NCBI GenBank assembly: GCA_030141605.1
Contig: JAQGDQ010000039.1
Span: forward strand, 1 to 64,000
DNA length: 64,000 nt
Direction of reading: 5' to 3'
From: Tubiluchus corallicola
Lineage: Eukaryota; Animalia; Priapulida
Below the pieces are notes generated by a model. That model did no database searches. It was given only the letters and a program-made list of their open reading frames with translations, and was not told the DNA's origin. Positions 1-13,649 of this stretch are shown piece by piece (position 1 is the stretch's first letter; each line of letters opens with the position of its first letter). The position numbers and the translations under genes were made by a program.

Positions 1-68
<68 letters not shown>

Positions 69-84
69 CATCATCATTATTATT
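1..84. repeat. (ATT)n microsatellite, cut by the window start
   Basis: Direct read of the sequence. Confidence 0.95.
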
Positions 85-896
85 GCACTTTGGATAAAAA
101 AACAGCTCTGGCTTTATGTGGGACAGTAACGAAGTAATATTATAAACATGTTTTGTGAAACCCAACAAAAAGAGAACATGTTAAGTGACTCCAGCCCCCT
201 ATTAAGTCACACTGCAGTGTCATAATTTATCAGATCTATACTCGTCTATTGTACTGTGTGAATAATGGCTAAATATATGAAGCCTGCTGAAACAATTGAC
301 AAGAACTGAAGGGACTGAGTCATTGCTGATAAATGATAAATGGAGAACCATACAGGATATAACATGCAATCCACATCATAAGCAACACAGTGGTTAAAAT
401 TTCAGTGGCTAGCTTGCTTATTCGACAAATGCATGTATTGCTTATCATGCACAAATATTTTGTGTTCCTTTGTCTGGTGACAAATACTGGCATAATGTTA
501 GCTTTATCAAAATTTAAAATTAATTTTTAAACAGCCAAATTGATAAATTGGTTAAAATGAAAAAACGGGCATTACTGGGTACCACATACTGCACAAGAGA
601 GTGGTCAACTCTGCCACACCTTAATTTTTCAATATTCCTCGACCAATTTGTAACATATGAATTTGCAAGGGGAGATTTTTCACTGTATATGAGACTTGTC
701 TTTTTTGCAACCTCTTTGTAGTTTTTTATTATAATTTGCACAGGAGTTTTCCCACTGAATCTCTTTCAGGTCTGTTCATACTTTTCAACTCACTTGGCAC
801 CAAATCCAACAAATTGCTCTTTCTCTCAGAGGCAAACCCTTCAACATGCACGTCTCGTGAATGCATAAATGACACAAACTCATGAATATGACTTAC

Positions 897-1018
897 CCGA
901 TAATGAGAAATCGTTTCTTCTGCTCTCGCTATCTCTGATCAGGAATGCACCATGTTCATTGCCCGACTGCAGCAATTTCTTCTCAGCTTCTAATCGCTTT
1001 ATCTTACCAAAATACCAT
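897..1018 (-). CDS. Src42A: Internal exon encoding the N-terminal half of the SH2 domain of a Src42A/FRK-type non-receptor tyrosine kinase
   Basis: Minus strand: cttttctctttcag acceptor and gtaagt donor; 122 bp, phase 2 to 1. Translates [40 protein letters not shown], which has the SH2 FLIRDSE signature and closely resembles the Src42A/FRK subfamily. No other exons of this gene were seen in the window. Confidence 0.88.
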
Positions 1019-1535
1019 CTGAAAGAGAAAAGTAGGCAAAATGTAAGCTCCTCGCTTTTTATAGTGAAATATCAAATATCACCTTTAGAGTGATACGAAT
1101 ACATGTAATACAAGTAAAGTACAGTCTTAGTGTAACTAGTAGCCACTGCCTGGCAACAGCGCCGACGCCGAATTCATTTATCAGAAGTGCAAATATTCCA
1201 ATGACCAATTAAATAAGAAACACGATTACTTTAGTAACCTCTACTACGTTAATGGAGCAAAACTAAATAAACTCCAAAAAAATAATTAACTCTAACGAAC
1301 TAGCACAGAAATTCATAGAGTGTAACTATTCAACAAATATTTGAAAATATGTTTTAAAGCGAAACTGAGACAGTTTAAGCTAAACTAAACATGAACTCAC
1401 GGCAGCACATTTACAAGTCTTAGTTACAAATAAACGCTCGCATACTGTGGGTTATCATAGAACACCGTGGATTGCGTGCAGTGCTTACACAATTTTTTTG
1501 TAATATATCTCTAATTATTATTATATATAATAAAT

Positions 1536-2352
1536 TTCTGATTATAATCACGCGAAAGTTATACGCACTGCACATAACACTGTTGCAGGCGCATGGCTAA
1601 CATAATTTAATTCGCCTCTTGAAGTATTTAGCTAAAGATTGGCCCTACTTGGCGCTCTAAAGCAGCACTAATATGTTTAATGATTAAGACACATAAGTAG
1701 TGACTCAAGAACGAAAGCCATACTGTGCGACAGCACGAAGATCATTTTTGTCCAAGAAACATGATAAATTTTCATTTAGTATGTCACCAAAGACTTTACT
1801 GATGTCTGGACTCTGGACACACAGATTGGTAGAGCTACAATTTAGAAAATTTTATTTGTCACCTAAGATCGAAATTGAATTGGGTTATCTGCTATCACCA
1901 TCGGTGTTAAAATTCTCATTAAAATATTGGTTAAGAACAAAAGCCATAGTGAAATGTTTATTTTAAACATAGTAATCCGAAATCAGAAAACAAAAAAAAT
2001 GAATATTGATAACACGGTATCCGAGTTTTCTAGTAAAATAAAAACGGGAACACATACAATCTTGTCTGACAATGTGCATCATGCAAACTATTCATTCATT
2101 GTGCCCACAAAGCCCTACTCCCAATAGAAACAATAAAATAATACAAATAAAACTGGTTCACTATAATTTCATGTACTGAATCAAACAGGCAATGTAAATA
2201 GTAATCAATTATATGTAATTGGAGCAATAATTGAGGAAGGGACGGATACTGTAGCATAGCGAATAGCGAAAGATTAACAGAAAAAGTGACGTGACCATGA
2301 TCATTTATTAAAAGCAAACCGCTAAGGTTTTTCAATGCCTAATGAAATTTAC
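1536..2352 (+). repeat. Left arm of an 817-bp near-perfect inverted repeat
   Basis: Position x pairs with 5900-x. The mirrored ORF translations are identical except one residue (GSRALW vs GSTALW). Confidence 0.95.
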
Positions 2353-3547
2353 TGTGAATGAAAACTTGGGGAAATTGCGTATGATCATCCATCTTGAAGT
2401 GGGGATTTTCAGAAATTGGAAATTTCTGCAGTTCTGCTTACTAAGCATTATCGTTTCTAGAGCTGACGTGTATTGTGTATTTGTGTGTATTCAATGTTTG
2501 CCCAAGAATTTAATGTGGTGATTCATTTTGAAATCATGACAGCGTAATGAAACTGAGAGGTCGCGTGCTTTCATAAATTTGCCTCTTAATTGTTGACTTT
2601 ATGAACTTTCAGTTTGCTTGAAATTTTGAGTCTGGTGCTGAGATTACAAAGCACAAATGTCTCGCTATAGTTTAGAGACCGTCTTCTCGTGCAGAACTAA
2701 ATGTCTAATGAAGCCTGCTCTAGATCAATCATTTAGAAACACATGCGAATCTGTATATTGAATTGATGTCACGCGGAACTTTGCCTAATGCCGATCGCTT
2801 ACAACTTGAAGGCAATGTTGATTTCATCGTCTGATACTTTAAAAGCCAGGTAACAAAAGCAGTCAAAACAAATGACCATTGTTTAAATATATGACATCTA
2901 CATTATATACCACACTTATGTGTAACGTTTCTTAAGCGTTTTGCATCTAATTATGATATAGTTCCATGTTTGAAACTTCATAAAACGTTTATTTTGAAAA
3001 ATAGTTTTCTGTTTATGAATATTCCGCAATGAACCCATTATTTTGTCTAGTAATTTACTTTGGAAATTTTGAAAAACCAACACCTGAATTTCTGAACTGG
3101 GCTACTTGTTGTTCGGTCATGTCTGACTCCGATTATACCTTTCGAAATTTGATCAATTAACGTCTGCGATATTTATCCCGCTGCTGCTCATTTGCATTTA
3201 AGAAGTTTTCGTGTTTCAAATATAGTTCAAATATAATTGTATGCTTCACGTGAAAGAAAGATACTGTGTTGCTTTGATGATGAATAAGTCGTTACAACCT
3301 AGTGGAATTAAAGCAGTGTCAGGTTTCTCTAGATGAGTTCCTTTGTGTATATTAGCGAGCATACCGCATGGTTTAACTCAGAATGTAAATCAGTAAACTA
3401 TATTGACCGGATTGCAATAGGTGCCAGCACCAGGGAGGCGGGTATTATTGATTGATGTGTCGATGTAACTTATTGTAAACCATATAATTATTTTCTGGGT
3501 CACATAAATTCTCACATCTGACGTGATGCTGAATTCGAGACTTGAAC

Positions 3548-4364
3548 GTAAATTTCATTAGGCATTGAAAAACCTTAGCGGTTTGCTTTTAATAAATGAT
3601 CATGGTCACGTCACTTTTTCTGTTAATCTTTCGCTATTCGCTATGCTACAGTATCCGTCCCTTCCTCAATTATTGCTCCAATTACATATAATTGATTACT
3701 ATTTACATTGCCTGTTTGATTCAGTACATGAAATTATAGTGAACCAGTTTTATTTGTATTATTTTATTGTTTCTATTGGGAGTACGGCTTTGTGGGCACA
3801 ATGAATGAATAGTTTGCATGATGCACATTGTCAGACAAGATTGTATGTGTTCCCGTTTTTATTTTACTAGAAAACTCGGATACCGTGTTATCAATATTCA
3901 TTTTTTTTGTTTTCTGATTTCGGATTACTATGTTTAAAATAAACATTTCACTATGGCTTTTGTTCTTAACCAATATTTTAATGAGAATTTTAACACCGAT
4001 GGTGATAGCAGATAACCCAATTCAATTTCGATCTTAGGTGACAAATAAAATTTTCTAAATTGTAGCTCTACCAATCTGTGTGTCCAGAGTCCAGACATCA
4101 GTAAAGTCTTTGGTGACATACTAAATGAAAATTTATCATGTTTCTTGGACAAAAATGATCTTCGTGCTGTCGCACAGTATGGCTTTCGTTCTTGAGTCAC
4201 TACTTATGTGTCTTAATCATTAAACATATTAGTGCTGCTTTAGAGCGCCAAGTAGGGCCAATCTTTAGCTAAATACTTCAAGAGGCGAATTAAATTATGT
4301 TAGCCATGCGCCTGCAACAGTGTTATGTGCAGTGCGTATAACTTTCGCGTGATTATAATCAGAA
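3548..4364 (-). repeat. Right arm of the 817-bp inverted repeat (1195-bp unique spacer)
   Basis: Reverse complement of 1536-2352; both boundaries were checked base by base. Confidence 0.95.
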
Positions 4365-4744
4365 CTTATACAAACACTTTTCGTAAAGGCCAAGTTTACT
4401 TCCATTTAATAACAATATTAATAAACACGCATCATGAAGATAACTCATTCGCCATCAAAGTGTTTAAAACAAATTCTATTTAGTTCAAAATATATAGATA
4501 AATCGTTTTAAAACCCCTACGCATCGACAATTATATATTCATCCACAAATTTATCTTCCACTGTATGTATATATATTGTATATAGCTATATTATAATTTG
4601 TGTGTAACTTTGTAATATATATAGGGCTTAGCTAATAAGTAGTTTTGTTTGCACTGGATGTATTTCTGTTTTTAAAATTGTGTGAATTTTATTTTATATT
4701 TTTTTATGCTTATAAATATCGATTTTTTATTGGCAAGTAAAGAT

Positions 4745-4750
<6 letters not shown>
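4365..4750 (+). mobile_element. 5'-truncated 3' end of a CR1/L2-like LINE ending in (TA)n
   Basis: Diverged reverse complement of the 3' portion (about 4803-5330) of the adjacent minus-strand LINE. Confidence 0.65.

Positions 4751-4802
<52 letters not shown>
4751..4802. repeat. (TA)n tract at the centre of a perfect 148-bp palindrome (4703-4850)
   Basis: Flanks tttatgcttataaatatcgattttttattggcaagtaaagattatatac and its exact reverse complement. Confidence 0.92.
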
Positions 4803-4808
<6 letters not shown>

Positions 4809-6960
4809 ATCTTTACTTGCCAATAAAAAATCGATATTTATAAGCATAAAGGCATATAAGAGCACCGCAGCATGAGAATAAAATTCACACAATTTTTAAA
4901 GGCAAATACATCCAGTGCAAACTAAAAACTACTGTGCTAAAAATTTAAAACAAAAATATATATTACAAAGTTACACACAAATTATAATATAGACTATATA
5001 CAATATATATACATACAATTTAAAACGGAGGTGGGTAAATAAAATTTGTGGATGAATATATAGTATCATTAACGTAAGAAGGGTTTTAAAAACGATTTAA
5101 TATATGTATTTTTAATTTTGATTTGAACTCGTAGAAAGATTTGATTTGTTTTAAACTTGATGGCAGGGAATTCCGGAGTTGTACTTCTTGTTCATGATAG
5201 AATTATTGCCGTATTTGTATTAGTGCGTGTTTGTTCAATATTGTGTGTTCTTGGATTTAATGTTGGCTCCAAGAGGAGTGGAAGCTTATTTTTGATGAAG
5301 GGTGTATTAATATTGTTGATGTGTTTGTATAAAAATAAAGTTGTGTAGAAGTCTTTATGTGCTTGTAAAATTGGGATTTTAAACATTGTTCTGAATTCTG
5401 TTGTAGAGCTTTGATTTGCGATGAGAGATGTTTTATTTGAATTTTAAAATTTTTTTAAATCTTTAAAAAGACAGTTTTAAAAATTAATAACTTTGTCTGT
5501 TTAGTTAGATGACATTTTTCATGAAGTAAGTAGGACGTTCCTCATGCCATTTTATCGTAAATGTTATTAAAGTGGTTATCCCACGAAAGTTTATTATCTA
5601 CACAGATACCAAGGAAACTTACACTGTTTTTCTGATTTAGTGTGCTATTTTCAACCTTTATTGAAGTATTCATTATATTGTCATTTGAGAAGGGGGAAAC
5701 GAGCGCGAAATCTATTTTGGTGCTGTTTAATTTAAGTTTTAAATGGGTAAATGCTATGTTAATGTTTGCGATATCTTGTTCTAAAAGTCGTCGAGCTGTT
5801 GCTAGATTTTCATGGCCTAAATATATCGTTGTGTCGTATACTGTGTTATATTACATTTGTTAGTGTTATAGATATATTATTAGTATAAAGACAGAAAAGT
5901 AAGGGACCCAAAACTGTGCCTTGCAGTATGCCCTGCTGTAACGTTAGCCATTCTGAGACTGTATTTGCCGATATTTTAACTCTCTGTTTTGTGTTTTTTA
6001 AGTAACTGTTAATGAGTTTTAAAGAAGTTACATCAAATTCTGATGATTTTAAATTGTCTTTCAGAAGATTGTGGTCTAGGCTATCAAAAGCTTTATATTG
6101 GTCTAAAAATGCGGCTACAACTTATTTATTTTCATTTAAATTTGATCTCCAGTTTTCAGTTGCATGTATGATGGCATCAGTAGTAGAGCATTTTTGTCTA
6201 AAACCAAATTGGTGTTTACTAAGTATATTGTAGGGTTTACATATGAATTCATTTGTTCATATAGTACTTTCTCCAGAATTTTCCCAAAACAATGAACAAC
6301 GGATATAAGCCGGGAATTAGCAGGGTCATTTAATGAATCTTTTTCGTGGACTGGTGTTATATTAGCTAGTTAACAGATACTGGGGAATTCACTGCGCATG
6401 ATCATTTGGTTTGGAATGTAGGCAACATGAGGTGCTATTATATTGGCGCTGTCCTTTTGTACCTTCATAGATATATCAGATAGGCCACTACCTTTGTTAA
6501 TGTCTAGTTTAATTAAGATTTTAAATATTTCATTTGTGGTAATGGTGGAAAACAAAAAAGTTTTGTTAGTGTTTAATTTCATTTTTTTAATTTCGAAATT
6601 ATGTTACTGTAGTTACTGTTATGATTAGATGGCCAGCAGAAATTTCCTAAATCAATGAAAGTAGCATTAAGGGTATTTGCAATATCTTTAATTTTCTTTA
6701 TCACTTTGTTGTCAATTATGAGTTCTGTGATATGGGTTTGCTTGTTTTTATATCTGTTAATGACATTAATTCTTTCCCATTTATCTTTAGATGAGGTTGC
6801 ATCGTTACACTGTTGTTGTGTATATACAATTTTTGTTTTTTAAAGAACTGCTTACATTATTAAATGCGGGAATTTCTCGTTTTTTTATAATTATTATAAT
6901 TACGTTTATATACAAGTTAGATATTACAGTACAAGTTATAATACAGTTTAAATATTTAGA
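4803..6960 (-). mobile_element. Degenerate CR1/L2-clade non-LTR retrotransposon (RT pseudogene plus 3' UTR)
   Basis: Minus-strand RT motifs in the expected order: DPANSRLISVVHCFGKILEK, HQFGFRQKCSTTDAI, FLDQYKAFDSLDHNLL, GILQGTVLGPLLFCLY, and a degenerate YADD-like VYDTTIY. Contains stops and frameshifts. Confidence 0.85.
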
Positions 6961-6979
6961 TTGCCATGTCTGATTCTAA

Positions 6980-8195
6980 TGTAGGAAAGTTTGTTGCAAG
7001 CAAGTTTGGTACAGATAAGTTTGTTACAGGTAATTTTGGTACCAGGAAAATTTGGTGTTAGTAATTTTTGGTACGTGGTAATTTGCATACTGGTAAATTT
7101 GGTACTATCATTTTAAGGTAAAAGGAATTTTTGGTACTAGGAAAATGTGGTAAGGTTAATGTTTGGTACGATGAAAATATGGTACCAGGATTGTTTAGAA
7201 CTAAGAAATATTGGTACAAGGAAGTTTTGGTACTAGGAAAATGTGGCACGAGGAAAATTTGGTACTATAAAAGGTTGGTACTGTCAAATTTGGTACTGAA
7301 CGAAAAGGGAAGCATTTCTGTATCTCAGTATAAAATAATTGTTTCAACTAGAAAATAAAGAATTTGTATCAGTATGGAGGAAATATGGTAGTAGGAAAGT
7401 CTGGTTTATTAAAAATTTCATAAACCAATATACTGTGATTAATAGTGCATAGCAGCTAAAATTTTATCCGTGATTATTCCACACAAATAGGTATGTTTGA
7501 GAATTCTTTCAGCAAAAAATGAAAGGTCTCCAACTCACCATGCAAATTTTCCTAAAAGCTCCATTTTTTCCGGGAAAGATGGTCACTTTCTTTGTTTTTC
7601 TTTAAAAAACTATTAAACTGAGATAAGAACATGGCATTGATGGCAAGTGATATCACTGGACAGGGACGTCCTGCATAAGCATAGTTTGGTTCCCCATGAG
7701 GCCCACAGTTTGGAGCGAAAACTGTACTTCTTGATGATGATGATGATAACAATGATGCCAAAAACATTGACAATGATGGATATAACGTGGTAGTGACGGT
7801 GATAACATTTATTCAGATTAATTCCTATTCAGTGGAAAATCCTAACACAACGCACATACATAACTAACATACAACATATGACGACAACAAGGAAAAAACA
7901 AATAAAAACACAACTTATATGAGCATCTATAACTTGCTCGAGTGGGTTATATAAAATATATTTTCTTAGTACCAAACTTTCCGAGTACTAAATTTTCCTA
8001 ATACCAAACTTGTTCCGTACCATGTTTACGTTGTACCAAAAATGCCTGAAAAACTTTGTTAGTACCATATTTACCAGTACCAAAAATTCATAGTACCAAA
8101 TTTTCCCAGTTCCAAAATTTCCTCGTGCTAAAATTACCAGTATCAAATTCATCTGTACCAAACTTACTATGTAGTACCAAACTTACTGGGCACCG
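6980..8195. mobile_element. Foldback-type non-autonomous element with inverted arrays of about 16-bp degenerate repeats
   Basis: ggtactaggaaaatttggt-like array at about 6980-7420 and the reverse-complement accaaactttccyagtacc-like array at about 7965-8195. No TSD was resolved. Confidence 0.6.
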
Positions 8196-9363
8196 TGTGT
8201 TACAGCTGCAAATGCAAACAATTGAAAATTACTGGACTTTTAACACAATGCCAGAAATTAACATAAGTTCAGGTGTTATTATGACCAATATATTGATAAG
8301 AAACTCCAAGCCACAAGTCTGTGTTTGACGAGTTATAGTGTGGCATGCGTACTTCAGTGTGACAGTTGAGATTTTCGTGAAACAAGTTAAGAAATGAAAA
8401 TAAAAAATAAGACAGAGATCGTTTAAGAAGTTTTCTATAGTTTAACAGTGTAATTTTCTTTTATTATTATACAATGTGTAATGTAATTTGTTTCACTGAT
8501 AATTTTGCTAGTGGAAATTTTGTTTAATAAAGGAAAAGCCAAGCCTTCTGGGAAGTTAGGCTTATTTCAATGTTTGCAGAAATTTTTAGAAGGATTTAAT
8601 AATAAAAGGGCGATACACACCTTGTGTAATAAGTAAAATCATTTTAAACTCGATACCATTTCACGCTTGGGCGCTCCCATTTTGAACGTAAACAAACTGG
8701 CGGACAGATAGACCGACAGTTTCAGTTACTTGTGTAGGGTTAACTTAACCTGATTTTTCCTAACCTGACCTAACTTAACCTGAAGTTTAACACATAGACG
8801 TACCGGAGGAAGTTTCACAGGGGGGCGGTGCTTAAGGAATTTACCCTGAATCATCTCCTGACATCTCATAGCCATTGCAATAGTAATAGTATATAAATGC
8901 AAGAAATTTAAATTTATAAAAACCTTTACTAAAAAGTTACTAAAGATTTGCATTTTTATTGAAAAAAACATGCAAATACATTCACAATACTTTTTATAGC
9001 GTTTCAGAAATTCTAAGAAATTATGGTGACGATTTATATTTTTCCTTTGCAAACATGTCTATAACTTTGCCAGTACATTGATGAGCAAGTGTAAAAAGGA
9101 TTATGAGGTTTAGTGAACTAAAGTTGATAGCAGGCACTATTATAACTTTGCAATTATTAAAAGTTAAAAACAATTCGTCGGACAAAAAACAGTTAGTTAA
9201 AAGAGCTAGGTCTGATGCAATACGTACGCAATTTTTAATTATTAAAACAGAATTATTTGCCCTGAAATGTACGATTCACTTGCCTTGGGAGGGCATCCGC
9301 CCCCATGACCCCCGCCTCGCACGCCTATGGTTTAACATAAATGTAACATAAATGTTTGTACAG

Positions 9364-9486
9364 GTATGGTCCGTCCCTGTGATCTAGGTCCATGTAGAAA
9401 TCTTGGTACGTGCATCGACATTGATGATATTAAATTTCGCTGTGAATGCAAGGATGGCTATACTGGTGAACGTTGCGAAAAATACG
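9364..9486 (+). CDS. EGF-like domain exon (phase 1-1)
   Basis: tgtacag acceptor and gtacg donor; 123 bp. Translates MVRPCDLGPCRNLGTCIDIDDIKFRCECKDGYTGERCEKY with the six EGF cysteines and the CxCxxGYxGxxC motif. Confidence 0.85.
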
Positions 9487-11765
9487 GTACGATAATAAGT
9501 AATATTCTGTTTAATTAATCCCACGGTAACGATTTGCTGTGACTAAAACTTTCTAAACATTTATAATCAAAGTGGATGGAGTGCTTTATATATCTGAGTT
9601 AAATCTGGAAATAAGACCACAACTCTGAACACAATGACTTTTACTACTCCAACCAGGAAAACCACAATCAGTAGAAATATTAGATTTTTAGATTTAGATT
9701 TAATATTTTATTTCAAACTTTCAAAGTTCATATACACATCACAAATTAATACAAATAATACAATAAATCATGACACACAACAATAACACAAATAACAATT
9801 AACGATATAACAAACTACGCCAATGACGTCTAATTACAGAAGTAAAGTTTGCATCACTGTTTAAAATGTTCTTGCATATAAAATTTTCACTCTTATTAGA
9901 TATTACATATTAGACTCCACAAAGATCAGAGACATCCAAACTTCTCAGTAAGATTATAGTTTATTGACGAACGACAGAAAACACTATACAACAATGTACA
10001 TAAAAAAATCATACAACATACAAAGCATCAGTAATGTTTACACATTAAAATTAAAACACGTACCCAAAAACAACATAATGCAATTGTAACATAATGTCCC
10101 ATTAACTTGACTGTTCGTAAGGTGATAAAAGCCATAACGTTCTGAAACCTCAACTTTTAAGACTAGCAAGTCCTCGCTACAATGTAAATGTACGAAGTTA
10201 AACACTGATATCAACATTAAAATGCTTGTTTTTAAGATAAAGTGAATGTTCTCTTGTTCTGGCCTGGGGGTATAGTCTGGCCTAGGCTATATTACACATC
10301 GGGTATAGTTTGGTTTAGGACAGTTCATCCCCCGATCAGGTATGTGCCTGAGCCAAACTATACCCAAGCTTAATCTGGGCAAGGGTTAATTTGACCTGCT
10401 ACACCGGGATTCTGGTATGGCTGCTGCAATAAGTGTAGGATTTCCAGACCGTGGATTCAAGTTTGCAATGAATTGCCATGCCGTGTCTGTTATGCTGAAA
10501 TTAATGACAAACTCATTGGCGAAGCCAGGGAGTGTATCACGCGAAGCGGCACTTGAATTTAACCCACCCACCCTCATCTCCGATGGAAAATGCAACGCAG
10601 CAGCATTTTTGAGATTTTAAATTAGTAAAATTTAAAGACCTTGCGTGGAGTTAAATTGGTAAAATAACAAAACACTGCTAAAGACTTTGTTTGTGAAGAA
10701 ATAAACTCTCCTTGCATACCTCAAAAGCTACAATAACCCACTCAAAGACTTCTTCAAATGTTAACACAGGAAACAGCAGGAATTTTGAACACAAAGAAAT
10801 GTTGAAAAATAGTTATTTTTTCTTTGATAACTCGTAGTTTATTTATTTTGTTTGTATATGTATGTCCCAATACATGAGGTATGGTATAACTAAGCAGTTG
10901 CACAGGGTTACTAAATGTGATTTTTATTCCTTCATATGACATCTACACTTTATGGCTCGTTTTGATCATATCTGTGTGGCTTCCAATCGAAGTGTTGTTT
11001 AGGAAAGGAGTCCCAAAAATCCGATTTCCTGAATAAATTACAATTGGTGAATTCATGGATTTTTATGTCGTCGAAATTAACTGGAATTTTCTTGACCTGC
11101 CCTGAAAACGATGTATTTAGTTTTTGTACAAGTCAACTTATTCATTTTAAACCAAATACCAACCTTGTGCAATTCACGGTTGATATATATTAAATTATCA
11201 TTCTTATCTAAATCAAAAAATATTGTTTGCATCATCAGCAAACTGAAAGAGATCTGGAGTTTCTTAAGAATATTTTATATCATTATCATTTATATAATAT
11301 ATTAGAAATAACAATGGACTTAAAATTGAGCCTCGAGGTAGGCCTATTCTAGATTGTAGCTGTCAGTTATTCCATCAGTTGGAGAATGTAAAAGGCTTGG
11401 AAAAATCAGAAAAAGGAGCCAGTAAAGCCTTAAATTTCATTATGAACCATTTTACCACTGCAGAGAAGGAGTTTGTTGTTGATACTTAATCAACTTCTAA
11501 AATAAGAATCCAGCTTGTTTCCAAATCTTCGTAATTCTGATTGTTGTGGCTATCAGTTTGAGTGACCCAAAGTTAGAGATATGGAAAGACATATTTGTTC
11601 CATCAGCATCTCATGTTTTACTAAAAAAAACTCTTCATAGACTGTAATCATTCACTCATGTAAAATGTGAACTGTTTCAACTTGAAATAAGTTTCAATGT
11701 GATTTTTACAGGGGCCTCATTACCTTAACTAAGATAAAATTAAATTTTTGAAATTTATTTTATAT

Positions 11766-13122
11766 TGTTGCAGAGACGGCTAAAAGGTCTCGGGTTCATA
11801 TCTGGACCAGCCAAACTATGTTGCAGATAAATGTTGTAGATGTGAAAATAGAGAAGAAATATAGAAATACAGAAAATTAAGATTAAGATTCCTGCGTTCC
11901 TTGGCAAAAAGTTTCTGCCAAGAAAGAGATTAAAAGCATAACGTTTACGAAATTTTAATTTACAACTTGTTAAGGTGTGAAAATTTTGCAGCAAAAAGAA
12001 TTAAGAAATGACTGAAATAATACGCAGTTAAGGCTCTGTCCGGACCGGGTTCAAGCTTCAGCAAATATGGTCCATCTTCAGCATAAAGTCCAGTGTTGTC
12101 CAGGAAAGCGTCCGGGGGTGTCATCCATGGTTAGGTTCAGTTCGGTAACGTCATTATATTTTCCATAGGATGCTCAGGCAGTTGCCCAGGCTGTGTAAGG
12201 GCTATGCCAGTCCTAAGTGTAAGTAATTGTCCCACTTCCAAGATGGCTACTGGTTGGAAATCTCTTTGCATTCCATTTGTACTGCTCGTATCCGTATTTA
12301 GGCCGTAATTTGATGACCCGTTCCGCAATAATGACTACCATCAAACGCTGGACATACGGCTCGTTGGGCTGGTTGCGGCTTCCTCACTCTGATACTGTCA
12401 TCAGTGCCTATTGCACCAGTTCTTGGCGAAACTATAGTTACTATATCCAAAGTTATATCAACACAGTTAAAATAGTAGTCCAGGAAAGTGCTACTGAACC
12501 AATACAAATTACACAGTTTCTTTGTTTCTTTGTACTGACAACTGCCCTCATAGTAAAAACCAACACGACTGTTTATAAAAGAAATGTACCTTCGCTAGCG
12601 GGATTCCATTCCTTGTGAAGTCACAAGCACATATTACAGAGCCACAGAAGAGCAGGTGCTATAACCACGGACACTGACGTACCTGCTGCATTGCTACCTT
12701 AGAACATGCTGAGCTCCAAAAAAAACAGAAACGTCCTATTCTGCTCGACGCTAAGGTTTCAGGATCGATTCCAACAGATGAACCATTCCAGATGGATCCC
12801 ACTTCTGACACCAGTGTTGCAGAGGCGGACAGCTAAAAGGTCTTCGGTTCATATCTGGATCAGCCAAACTATGTGCAGTCAAATGCTGTACATGTGAAAA
12901 TAGAAAAGAAATATAGAAATGTAAACAGAAAATTAAGATGAAAACTAGTCAGAATCTTTTCCTGCGTTCCTCATGCTGATCATGACTACGGAACAGGTGC
13001 TTATGTGGTAAACGCACCTGTCCGTCTGTCGGCTGAACCGACGAGGCCATTCCGTAGCAGCTACTTATAACTGCTATGTAATGCTGATATGCAATGGCTT
13101 CGTAATGGATTGAAACATCACA
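11766..13122 (-). mobile_element. Internally deleted Ty3/Gypsy LTR retrotransposon
   Basis: 5' LTR at 12815-13122 (TGTGATG...GCAACA). PBS TGGTGTCAGAAGTGGGAT at 12796-12813 is complementary to the 3' end of tRNA-Leu. Partial 3' LTR at 11766-11901. Flanks atat/agat may be a degenerate 4-bp TSD. A gag-knuckle-like remnant CPAFDGSHYCGTGH is present. Confidence 0.8.
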
Positions 13123-13649
13123 AGATGGGGGGGGGGGTCGAAAATAAATGGCACTTCGCCCCCGTAACAATATTGTACTTGTAACACTAGCAACTATGTA
13201 CATTCTGTGCTGTGTTTCAATAAACTAAATTAAATTAGAAATCATAGTACATGTCTAAGGCTACGCGTTGAAGGATTCTGTTTTATTAAGTAATTACAAC
13301 TGTGATTGCCAGAGTGTTTATAAACATTTGCGGTTTGTTTTTAACAATTATTACCCATTGCGGGTAATGAATTGTAGAAAGAAAGGAGACGCTGAAAAAT
13401 TGTGGACAAGTCGGAATTTGTACTTGGTCTTTGGTTCAAATCCCGATTAGTCAGTTTTTCAGTGTCTCGTTTCTTTATTTAACTCTTTGCCCGCAATGCG
13501 TAGTAACTGTTAAAACTGAATCGTAATTATTTATTAACATTATGGCATTCGCAATCATAATCTAACTAACTATGGATTGCTAAACTTTTATAAAATGTCG
13601 CATTTATGATTCAAACACATATTCACTTTTTCAATTTTCTGTGTTTCAG

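Noticed and set aside
1700-4200. Three pairs of identical short ORFs on opposite strands
   Set aside because: By-products of the inverted repeat; mostly non-ATG starts and no recognisable domain.
10386-10620. Overlapping 67-69 aa ORFs in a relatively GC-rich patch
   Set aside because: No recognisable motif and no convincing splice sites.
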